Positions 38,611-50,098 of a DNA stretch of 64,000 bases are shown piece after piece (the first letter of the stretch is position 1; each line of letters begins with the position of its first letter). Both the position numbers and the translations under genes were made by a program. Below the pieces are notes generated by a model, which was not told the DNA's origin, made no database searches, and saw only the letters and a program-made list of their open reading frames with translations. The stretch covers positions 1,278,878-1,342,877 of the forward strand of contig NMRA01000042.1 of assembly GCA_002633005.1 (NCBI GenBank), read 5' to 3'. The DNA is from Phoronis australis (lineage: Eukaryota > Animalia > Phoronida).

Positions 38611-40572
38611 GTTCAGTAACGACTCGAAATTTTCTGCATAATAATAATTTCTGAAGACTGATTCTACCACTGAGTTAAAAAGTCTATGCCGGTGTTGGTT
38701 TTATTGAAGTCTGAAAAGCAGTTTTGTGTTGTTTTTGAAAAATGGGCGATTTACGATTTGGCAGTTACCTTATTGCACTACTCGCATGTCTCTCGGCTTG
38801 CGCGTGGAAAACCGGCACTAGCTCTGTTACCATAAAGCAAATCGATATACCCTACCTTTCTAAGTGTTAAACTGCCTCAAAACATAACTAAAGAGGAAGA
38901 ACTGAAGCCAAATCCAACGAAACTTACACAAGGTGTTAAAATGTCCAGTAATGCCGTGTCTTTAGAAAAATACAATTCTGCCTCCACAAGCAGCTAGCTT
39001 TTATTGGGAATGTTCTGTCAGAGTTATCTTTAACCACAGAATAATTCTGAATTCTGGCAAATTGAGATAATTAAAGTGCCATGCTAGACAACATCGAAAA
39101 ATTGTTTGTTGATACATCTTGGTGAAATATGTTCAGAATGTTTATTTTAGATTTTAGGGCAATTATTTTTTAATATTTTGGTTGCAGACTGGTTCACTTT
39201 TGCCTGGGTGAGGTTCAGTAATTAAAACAGATTATAAAAAGTATAGCACAATAGGAAACTGAAAAAATATGTAATGTATAAGTTAAATTTCTCCATCAGA
39301 ATTTTTTATGTTGTTTAAGAGGCTAGTGCCGTGAGCCTTTGACAGAGTGACAAAGTTGGGTAAGTCTTAACCAATTTTTTGTACTCGACTTTTAGCCAAT
39401 TTTGATGTCTTTTAGAGGCCATTTTCTGGGTTTTGGTGATTTCAAATATTATTTCCCATCAACTTAATGTGTAACATAAAAAATAAAAAAAATTAAGCAG
39501 CAGTCCATGGAAACGACATACCGTCACACAATTTACACTACTTGAACAAGGTACCCTGCAGCTTTATCACATAAATGAAAAATAATAAAAATGTATCCAT
39601 CATGATGAAGACGTCTCATTGATTTCCAGACCGATTTGACAACTGCTGGACCCCCCAGAGCAGTTTTACATCTTGGCAGCTGTTCATATACATAGAAAGT
39701 TCTGAAACTTCCGTGAAATTTGTCATTCATGTTTCTATCAGTGGCATCTGTAGAATTTCCACATATCTAACTTGTGCTTTGCCGCCTGTGGTAATTTCAG
39801 TATGTTGGTGTCCGTTTTTGGCTTCTGCAGATCTCTCGTGAATATGTCTCGACTATAGACATCATCAGTATTAAGATGTCTATGGTCTAAACATATACTT
39901 CAATCATCGCTGATTGGTAAAAAAATCTCAGCTGGGCAGATGACGAATTATATATGTGAGATAATTAATTCTGTTTTTAATTAATAAGTGGTGTATAATA
40001 AATAAAACGCACATTTTTAGAATAATAAAGTCCTATATTTTGCACACAAGACCGCATTTAAGCCTACAAAGCACTCGCTTCAAAGGATTGAACTGAACCA
40101 ATATATACCTGTTGATGAGAGTGTGGCAGGCAGTGGTTTTCTGACAGATCCGGCTTATGCTGTGCCCCTTAGTGGGAAATCTGAGTTCTTTTTCTGCATC
40201 TTTAGTGTTGAGAGAGCACATAAGTGCCTCTCGTTTAACCATTTTCTAACTCCATTGGGCCAGACAGGCCTAGCTGACTGGGATCAAATGCATCTTCTTT
40301 CATTTAGTCCTTTTGTGGTATTGGAACACTTTTGCGTGAATAGTTTTATAATAAATAATATCCTATCGCACAACGTCAGTATGATGGCCTGACGGTTGTT
40401 AAGAACTTACAAAAATCCTCAGAAATATCCCACAACATTAAATCCATGCAAGAATGTAGAATGCAGTTCACCAACTACTGTACTGCCATCTAGTGACAAG
40501 GCACATTTCATCACATAGGCATCAGTTTGGAAATAGCACGACTACTGACTCAACACGTCACTGCTACTCTGG

Positions 40573-43500
40573 TCATAGCACTTTGTAGTTCTTCAAAAAA
40601 CCGTCCACAAAATCAGTTCCATCGGCGAGCAGAATAAATCCAGGAATACCACCTTTTACTATGTATCTGGAACAAAAATAACGGAGCCGTTAGTAAATGT
40701 CCATCAATTTAATTCACCTTTCAACTAACACTGAGAACAACAGGGTTTTCAAACCAAATTCTGGTATTCAACAAATGTCAGCTACCGTAAAATTTTTATC
40801 ACACTGTACTGTAAAACTTCTGAATAAACAACTATTAATATCAACAAAATACTGCAAAACACTGAATTCCTTGGTAGAGTACATCCACACATGATTCTAC
40901 GGACAAAGTCACAACTGCATGCTTATTACCTTTCGTGTGTTACGGCTTTTCGAAGTGACCAGTTTTTCTTCACCCTGTATAACGTCTCCTTTTCTTGGTC
41001 TTCAAAGTATATCTGTACCCAACAGAAGACATATTAACACAGACCTCTGCACCTGTATCAATACTCTACATATGGACAATGGGGATGTGTCAGCAACTGA
41101 TCTCGAAAGACCACTGACCAGTGCCTTTTAGTACAATTTAGAAACAAATATTATCTTTGCTTCTCATAAGTAGGCCAATGGCCCATTTTACAAATAACAA
41201 TTTGACCGTGTAATTCTTAAGGAAGTCTCTCAAAACTTTACATAACTGTCAAAATAGACATTTCCACCCTCATGTACCATAATAATTACCATAGTAACCA
41301 GTTGTAGCATGCGAATATGGCTGAAGAAAACGCTGGCTTCTCCCCATTAAAGCTTCCTCAGCCATACTTGCATTAATGAAAATTTTCAACCAACTTGTGC
41401 TGCGAGTGGCAGCATGCGCTCCTTCAGGTACTAGCTTTCTCATGGCCTCAGACAGATGGTAAAAAGAGCTATAGTGAGGTTTATGAGAAATGTGTTTGTA
41501 CGACAAGAATATTGATGTGGTTCATGAGAAAAGACAACAAGCAAGACAGCAACGTTTGTGTGTTTTGTGAGGGAAACTGGCTACATACGCTGTATGAGCA
41601 GCTGGTCATCATAACTTACACTGATGGAAGATGGTGTATATTTTTTCTCTTTGTCCCACACTGGGGAATCGGCTTCTTCACCAAACATATAATTCACATG
41701 GTCAATCAACCTGCAATGAAGACATCATGACCTTTAACCTCTCACGAGAAGGGACAATTATATACTCTGCCAGAACACAATACGTCCATGCAGAAATCAG
41801 CACGGTAAAATTTCTCCAATTTAGGACAAAATGTGGCTGACGAGTGAAATTTTTCTTTATGCCACACATGGAATTAAGTGCTTTTTCATGCTTACATTTT
41901 GTACCACAGGGACAATAAGACAAAGTTTTGGAAATTTGTGGGTATGGTAGAAGCCCTTGAAATATGAAAAAGTGGCAATTTTGGCAATATGTTTTCCAAA
42001 ATTGGAGATTTTTCAGTATGCCTGCTATGAACCAGTGGCATCACTTATAAGTAACCAAATGAGCACCACAACCACATGTTTAAGCACCAAGCTTATACAG
42101 AAACCTGCCAGTCACTCTATACCTAGATGACAGAAAACGAATCCAAAGAACAGAAAACTGGGTAAAAACGAAAATTGAGAGTACGATCTCAGTGAAAGGG
42201 TAAAATTCTCAGCCACTAGACATGGCAGGTAAAACAGGTAATGTTCTGACATAACGTGCCCGAATTTTGAGAACCAGTTTTCTCCACTAAATAACGGGAA
42301 TCAAACTGGTTCTCAAAATACAGGCACATCATATCAGACTAATGCTGCTGAAATACAGTCTGAATTGGTGCACTCTATATGTACAAAATTTCAAAAAAGC
42401 AATGTGCACACTTTACAAAATACTCAACGTCATTTTGGAAAAGCTTTCCCATGTTTAACAAAAAGTGACATGTATTATTGAAATGGTAAATACATGAACG
42501 AAAAAAGCACTCATCAGTACTGGGCTATTACTTTAAGCCAAGGCAGAAGTTTTGGATAATTTGTCGGCGTTAGATTATCAGCATACCTATCGCTCTCATT
42601 GAACTCCTGAATGAAGTCTGTTTCCTTGAACTCCGGGTAGAAGAACATGACTGGCCAACAGCGGGAGCCATCTTCAGGGTTCAAGTGTACTTTAACTCCA
42701 CTGAGATGATGCGAGGCAAGGTTGGCAAGAAGTCGAGGACTGACAATACCTGACTCTGCGTCATCAGTAGAAGGGTCGTAGTCTGTTTGGATGCCACGTG
42801 ACTAAAGAATTCATTATTAACGTTAACATTATAGAACTAAGAGCATTACTTTCATTAATCTTACGTAGGACCTTGTAGAAACTATTTAGACACATACCAA
42901 TGAAGGTATAGATTTTAAAAAGTATATATTTTCTGAAATAAGAAAGCCTGTAGAATTTGATTTTTGACCAATTTGCCATTAATTGGGTAATGTGACCGTG
43001 TCTTTAAGACAAGATCTCAGAAACAATACTTAGTTTTTTAAATTATCACTTTTTTTTCGTTGTAAGCAACTTTCGAGTTTTTTCATAAAAATCATGAAAG
43101 TCCTAACTTTGATAGCCCCTCATGCAAAAAAGGAACATTTTAACATCTTAAAGGTGTTTTAGAGAACAATGTATAAAACATAACATTTGAAAGTTTCATA
43201 TGAGTCCAATCAGCCATTTCTGAGACAAGATGATCCACAGTGAGCCAAATTTGGACATTTTTCTACGATCCAACATAACCTTAAGACATGACACAGCTGA
43301 GCGAGTTCTTTTTAAGATATATGAATCAGAATTTCATTTTTACTCGAGCCGAGTTGAAGTTCCAGAACAATGATAGCAGCAATTGAGTGACTGCGTAATA
43401 TATTTGGTATTAAAAAGAAGCTCATCGTTAACCAAGTCAAAACCAAAAGTCATTTGTTTTGATGTCCATGTTTGTATAAATGCATACCATTGAATTTTCA

Positions 43501-43907
43501 ACAATTTCGATTTTGAATGTCCACTCACTGTCGCACCTAATTTTTACATAACAATCATGGAATTACTTATGTCAAGAGGCTGTAAGCTTTAAAATTTTTT
43601 AACAATGTCCATGAAAATTGTCTAAGGAATGAGGAAAGTTAACGTGTTTGGAAGCATGTTTGATGAGAGAGAATAAGCCAAATAGCATATAATATTATCT
43701 AATTTATACATGAAATAGGATCAGGTATGAAGGTGGGTCACCCAGATGTTCAGATTAGAGACTGGATGTGTCCACAAGTGGTGCCACCTTCTGACACCTT
43801 CTAAGAGGGGACTCACTCACCTGTATCGCCTCCACTAACTCACGTTCCTCCTTTTGCTTCTTCTTTTGTCGTAACGCCAACTTCCTGTCTTCTTTGTTCT
43901 GCACTTT
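40573..43907 (-). CDS. TTC4: Tetratricopeptide repeat protein 4 (Cns1/TTC4), 3' five exons only (post-TPR helix plus wheel domain)
   Basis: Minus-strand exons 43821-43907, 42587-42801, 41620-41710, 40930-41012 and 40573-40666, all canonical and in frame. Translation: KVQNKEDRKLALRQKKKQKEERELVEAIQ / ...CWPVMFFYPEFKETDFIQEFNESDR / LIDHVNYMFG...WDKEKKYTP / IYFEDQEKETLYRV / YIVKGGIPGFILL...YKVL*. This matches TTC4 WPVLFLYPEYxQSDFI and VYFED. No TPR-encoding exons were found in the window. Confidence 0.88.
42245..42338. mobile_element. Small palindromic MITE (TTTGAGAACCAGTTT family); half-copies at ~114-150, ~9870-9888 and ~13591-13630
   Basis: tctgacataacgtgcccgaattttgagaaccagttt ... aaactggttctcaaaatacaggcacatcatatcaga forms a ~36-bp imperfect inverted repeat. 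Confidence 0.7.
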
Positions 43908-43976
43908 CTGCAATTTCAATGTTTTTCATAAATTTATGATGAAAAATAGAAGATAAAATAAGAGCAAAATTTTTTT

Positions 43977-44690
43977 AACAATCTGTTATGCGAAGCGTTG
44001 CTGATATGTGCCCGCAGTGCATTGCAAACTGTATGTTTCTAGCGATTATCAGTTTCATGTAAGGTACAAGGATACGACAGGGTAGCTGCAACAGTCAGAA
44101 TTGAGAAAAAGTGTTGGTACCTTACCTTTTTAAAACTACCATCAAAACACAATAAACTGTTTCAACATTTGCAACAAAGAAATAAAACATGCCACAAAGG
44201 GACACGGCACTAAGCTTAAAAATTAGCTGGTCTAGTATACTTCTTTACATAACGAGCAATCATAAGCTTGACAGATACAAAGATAGAAACTAAACGACAA
44301 TAGGCACGGCGCTTGTTGAAATCTGTTCAAAACAGGTAGCACCTATCATCTGCAAAATGGAACAGCCTCTAGGTGGTGCTGCAGTTGCCAAATCCCCCAG
44401 AAAATTCACTGGTACCATCACATTGGCATCACATACGTATCTCTGTACTGAGTCAAAGTTTCATTGAAATTTATCAATAGCTTTTCTAGATATCATACAG
44501 AAACACTCTTCTTCACAAAAGTAATAAAAAAGATCCGCGTCAAGACAAAAATGACCACTAGGGAGTGCTGAAGAGGTAAAATGCACCCAAAAATCAACTT
44601 ACGATGGAGCAATTGTCTTTCTATTCCATGTTTATATATACTTTTACAGAGTTACTTCTATAGTTTTGGATATATTTGGCTAAATGCCCT
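43977..44690 (-). mobile_element. Degenerate HINE-like (Helentron-associated) relic at the SNF8/TTC4 junction
   Basis: aacaa...gcgaagcgttgc...atgtgcccgca resembles the terminal hairpin/subTIR of the 45964 element. Internal units carry ctaggtggtgc (~44367) and ccactagggagtgc (~44553). Confidence 0.45.
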
Positions 44691-44977
44691 AACTTGTCAA
44701 TAAGGTCCAACCTAACCTTAATCAAAACTCAATCAGCCTGACACATTGCTTTTTTAAAAATTTGTGCTATGTAAACAAGACTAATACGAATAAGATCACC
44801 TTGAATACCATTTGTCAATCACTACCCATCAATTTAATGTCTGTCAATAATGGTGTGTTCAGACCAGGTAATTTCCCTGGCATAGTATTCAGCAGTGCCT
44901 TCAACTCGGTGAAAATCCTATGATGACAGCACCAAGCTGAAAATACTGCTAAAAATTTACAAAATCAAAACAATTAC

Positions 44978-47217
44978 GTGCTGACATCCTGACGGTTCCT
45001 TCCCCTTGACTTCAGCACCCTCTGGTGGAGTTTGTCAAGTTGAATAAGACCACCATTGCGATGACTTGTGGCCAAGCATACCTCGACAATCTGAACGCCC
45101 AGTTCGTAGTAGAAATAACCTACACCCAACATCTCAGACCAGAATCCTTTGCCGGATATTAAAATGTGTAAAATTCCATCATTTTTTATAAATCACAAAA
45201 TATATTGTGAAATTTGTTTTCAAAAATTTCAGAAGAAAATCAGTGCCCTCATGTACAATGAATGAAAACTTACAAACATAAATGAACAGCTCATTAATGT
45301 GCTTACGGGAAACAATAACCCAGTGGTTAATTAGACGAAAACTACCAAAATCCAGAACTGAAATTCACCAATTTGGCAAAAGGGAATTTTATCAATGATG
45401 CTTTGATGCCGGAATTTAAACTCACATGCCAAGGGGTCTACACCAATAGTTGCACACATTTCTTGAAAGTGCATACGGAACTGGGGTTTTTTTTTGAATG
45501 TCATCCTCATGCTTCATGGCAAACTCTTCCAAGTTTTCACGGAATGCCTCTACTAAATGCTTTGACATCTGTTGGAACTGATCTTCAGCAATCTCCGAGC
45601 CTTTATCCTTGTACTTAGCCTACGACAATAACATCAGAGCATGGTGTCACTCCCATTTTATTATCTCTGCTGAATACGGGAATGAATGTCCAGTGTTTGT
45701 CTAATGCTTGTGTATGACCACGCAAGCAGTTTAACTGAGGAAGTAGGGAGGGATTCTGACAAAATTTTCAGGACATTTGTAAATGAGACAAAGACATAAG
45801 GGTTAGATTTGAGGAATGTTTGTGTGCACTACAGTCCCAGACAAACGCGAAACGTAATGAAACTAAGTTACAAAAAATTTCACAGTTATGGATCACTAAC
45901 AAAAGTTAACATTAGATTAGATCATTATAGAAATTTAGACATCCACACTGCCCTGATTTCATAAACAAGAGCAACGCAGAGCGTTGAAATGCGCCCACAA
46001 TAGCACCGTATACGGTATCCTTCTAGGGTTGTTTATTGGTACCATAAAGTGGCCAGTAGAGGGCATATATGTAGTATGTTGTACTTTGCAAAATGGAAAG
46101 ACATGGTCATTGTCTCCTCAATAGGCTAGGGGCAAAATGTGAGTGATCTTCATAATACAAGCACATCCTATACATCAGTTGCNAACTGCCACTAAGAGGC
46201 GCCACAGTAGTCCAAATTGTCTGAAAATAATTGTCAGCTGTCCTCTTTATAGTAAGTACATACATGCCAATTTTCACAATCATCCTTTGAGCGGTTTGGT
46301 TGATAGAGGGGTGGACGCAAAAATACAGACTCGAAAACAGTAAAAATGGCCACTAGGTGGCGCAAACTATGTTGAATCCATCTGAAAACGGGAGGATAGT
46401 GTCATCTCACTTAGAGGTGCCTACATACCAAATTTCATGAAAATCCGTTCAGGACTTTTGAAGATACAAAGGTAAGTGTAAAAAACTAAAATTGCCACTA
46501 GGGGGCACAACGATAGTCGGATCCGTCCGAAAGTTCGCACATGACGTCCCATTCATAGATGGAACATATGTGCCAAATTTCATGAACGTATGTCAAAGGG
46601 TTTTGGAGATAAAGCAGCGGATGCCGGACGGACGCCGCCTGGACGGACGGAGATGATGGCATAATGCGTCCACATATAAATATGTGGGCGCATAAAAATT
46701 ATCCTCTTAACAAAACAATAAAACGATTGACTATTAGTTTTCTTGTTCATTCCTGTACCATTACATAGAACAAACATCCAAACCAAGGTATGCGCACTGA
46801 TGCCAACTCATGGACACCCGCGCGACATTCAGCATCCTTTCAAAGGACCAGTCTGTTACTATACAGCAGGCACTGTCACAGATGTTAGGCAAAGGAATTT
46901 AACAAAGAAGATTGGTCTTAACAACCATATAAACTTCTCAACTTTTCTCCAATTAGCTGATAAGTCTTGAAAGTTGATGAATGTAGGAATTTTCTTTCTC
47001 CATGCAAGTTAAGTGGAGTTTGGACTTTGACTGCCAACAAATACATTCCCATTTACTTGGGAAAGCTCCTTAACAATTTCCCTGTTCCTCTGAATGCCAA
47101 TCATTATTAATCATGATATAGTGTACTTGAATTGTTGTTTAGTCTTAGCCACCACATAAAGAATACCTGAGCCAAGTTTTTGTTCTTTATGGCCCCCAGT
47201 CCGGCCTTCCGAGGCAT
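44978..47217 (-). pseudogene. SNF8: SNF8 (ESCRT-II Vps22/EAP30) 5' fragment: coding exons 1-3 only, damaged
   Basis: Exon 47167-47217 encodes MPRKAGLGAIKNKNLAQ and is intact. Exon 45426-45619 encodes AKYKDKGSEIAEDQFQQMSKH...NLEEFAMKH...FRMHFQEMCATIGVDPLA, with a +1 frameshift in an A9 run (45487-45495). Exon 44978-45155 encodes SGKGFWSEMLGVGYFYYELGVQIVEVCLATSHRNGGLI...QDVS; its acceptor reads TAT instead of TAG, and the conserved GDFYY is GYFYY. No downstream SNF8 exons. Confidence 0.88.
45964..46698 (-). mobile_element. HINE (Helentron-associated, DINE-1/pearl-like non-autonomous element)
   Basis: One end carries the hairpin caacgcagagcgttg and subTIR tgcgcccaca. The other end carries (GGAC)n, the palindrome gcgtccacatataaatatgtgggcgc and an A run. 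Internal ~145-bp tandem units. Inverted homolog at 57122-58368. Confidence 0.8.
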
Positions 47218-50098
47218 TGTGATGGTTGGTTAGGCCTAATATGTCCTAGCACTGATACAGCTCATAGTCACCATGTATCTTTTCTAAAAAAGATTATGAC
47301 AGATTAAGGACTGGCCAGACTGTACTTCAGGAAGCGACGCGAGTGAAATTCCTGTTGCAATGTCACAGGGATATGCGACAACAGGGACTTTATAACTACC
47401 TCCAACCTGTTCACGGGGTTATTCTCTGCTGCCGGTATAGGCTCATATTTTTTGCAGGGGGCACAACATGTAAGAATTTGTTCGATATCGGCACAACACA
47501 TATTTACAACTACCACACATGTCACAGAGATAATAAAACTGAATGAAGTAGAACTACTTTGTTGATTGTGAGACTCATGATTGTTATTCACCTTCGGGAA
47601 ATCGCTTTGTTGTCAAAAGGTTAAAGCTCTTGGTTTCTGAGCCAGGTGTAACCAAAGAAGGCCATCTCAATCTTTTCAGAAAGTATACCTCTCATACATT
47701 ACATTATATTCCACCACCTTGCATTTTTTCACAATTGAAAACTTCTAACAGCTGTCACGTGACGTTCTCAATCTTGCCACTACATGCATGGACTTCAAAT
47801 AAGAATGATCCCAATCAAAGGTCAGACAGTAGCATAACCAAATACTACCTGTGGTGGAAGTACCTTTCTTACATTAATGGTTTGCGACAGATCGCGTGTT
47901 GCACGTTCAATTTCTGGCTACTAAGCAACTGTTCAACAACTGCCATATGCAATCAATCTCCAAACCAAAAATAAAACCAGAACCATAGAGGTCTGGCTTT
48001 GGCGAAATAATACGATACAAGAAATTTTCGTTCTGTATTTTTCAACAGTGTCGAATACTAAATGACATCTAGCAGAGAGCGTGAGCCAACGACATCTAAC
48101 GGCAGAAATAAAAAATATCCACGTTTCATCAACACTCACATACCCAAATAAAATTGGGAGATAATAAATTTTTAACCACTAGCAGGCAATTCATTCCGGG
48201 ATGTCAATGAATAAACTCAAAATTATTAGTTTTTTTTTCTCATCCAGGTGCAAAAAATCAAAAATCAATCACTATCACTATCAGTCACTTCGTAATGACT
48301 AATGTGCCAGTAGACACTGTGAGTTTCACTGGACTGTTTATCAATATGCTGTAAAGATCATCTCTAAGATTCTCGAACTAACTACTAACAAACCTTTCAC
48401 GTACAGTGTATTCTTTCCAACTTCACTGCTCTCATTCTGCCTATCACTACTCCGGCACAAAGGCTCAGATCATGCATCGGGTTAACAAATCACACCCAGA
48501 TACATCAACATGTTTCGATATGACTACCGTATATAATTGATATTTCTAAAACATCTCTCGTTACCAAAAGATTATAGTTGATTTAACTTTTAAGTTGATT
48601 TGGTGAAAATATCGAGACAATGACCATCACCACTCAGGCAGGTCATCTGTACTTTTTTCAGCCTAAGAAACCGAATTCAAGTTGGCGCCGGCGTCGACAG
48701 CACGGCCTGGGTGTTTCCACTCATGAAAAAACCGCTATCAGGACGTTCAGTGTGGTATACGAATGTGCAGCAATAAATGACACCAATAGATTCTCACAAA
48801 AATAATGAGGGACAGGCTATTACTGGCTCAAACGAGCTCTCAAACCACATGTGACATCCAGAGCTTCCTCTGAAAATTATACGAAGTCTGTCGATTGCTG
48901 GAGGCATGGCGATGAACAAGCCAAAGTTGCGGCTTTAGTATCAACATTTCGTAGACAGATTTGGCACAAAAGACGAGCCATCACATCTCTGGAAAACTGA
49001 TGAACCCGGTTCTCAGAACAATTAAGCTAACAAGGTCGTCGGAAAATAGGTGTCCCCATAATTATACAACGTCGACCTGATTCGAAGGTCCATCAACTGC
49101 TTTGGTGACCATAAATGTTGTGGGACATCTAAATGTGCCCTCCCATGATAATTCACAAAGATGTGAAATTGGTAAAAGATGGAACTAGTCTGCGCAAGTA
49201 AAAATGGGTGAATCAACAAAAATTATTTATAAAACATGGAAAACAGTTCATATGGCAGTAAATTCTTGAAAGACAGGAAACTTGACGATGGGGGACCAAA
49301 AGTACAAGACCAGCATTGTTCCCATTGTACAACTTAGAGTTCCTCCAGCTTATGAAGTCTAACAATGTGTGCGTCTTTGCCTTGCCCAGTCATACCAGCC
49401 ACTAGCTCCAACCCCTATTTTTAGAAATCCAGTGCTACTTTATAAACTTTCTACCAACCTTCAGTTAGCAGAAAGTCCCGGTCAATATTATTAGACTTAA
49501 AACTACAGGTCACGTAATGCCCCTCCCCCCTAAATACGCCTCTGGATAGAGCCTGGTAGTGGAAAGCAATACGAGTTCACTAAATCGAAAGACATGGCTC
49601 TTGAAGTTGACGGATTTGCTACAAAGACACCTGCCTGTCCGTCAATTGTTTGAGGTACCACCGCCTTTAAGGCAAATCTCCTGTCCACGAAACAATACCG
49701 ATGAACGACCTGTGTCATGACTTCGTCGTAGCCTACATGCGGTTTTTGAAGGTATCCCATTGAAATGCAGATCTATCCGCTAGAGTCTTCACTGCACGAT
49801 CACATATGACTTCCATTGAGAACACCCTTTCAGTATTCAGAATTTCTAAAAGACGGGCTTATTGATTTGGATGGTGTAACGACGTGGTTATCTGGCTGTT
49901 GCACTTCGATGGCTTTGTTGAATTTGTAAATGTCTTCTCCAGCAGTTGTAACTTGATAATTATTTCAGATATACTTTGAATAATTACTGATATACAACGG
50001 TCTGTAAGTGCCCAGATTTTATTCGGGATAGAGCTACAACCCCTTCCGAGGAGTAATAGAATGACCAATAGAAATTTTCCTTTTGAGTTGAAGGGCTT

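Noticed and set aside
44121-44210. Possible linking exon between SNF8 and TTC4 (strong gtaagg donor at 44120-44125)
   Set aside because: Its translations match neither SNF8 nor TTC4, and it lies within repeat-like sequence. It cannot be supported without transcripts.
48720-49150. Possible THAP or transposase relic (VVYECAAINDTNRF; CFGDHKCC)
   Set aside because: Only isolated motif-like words in broken frames, too weak to call without a profile search.
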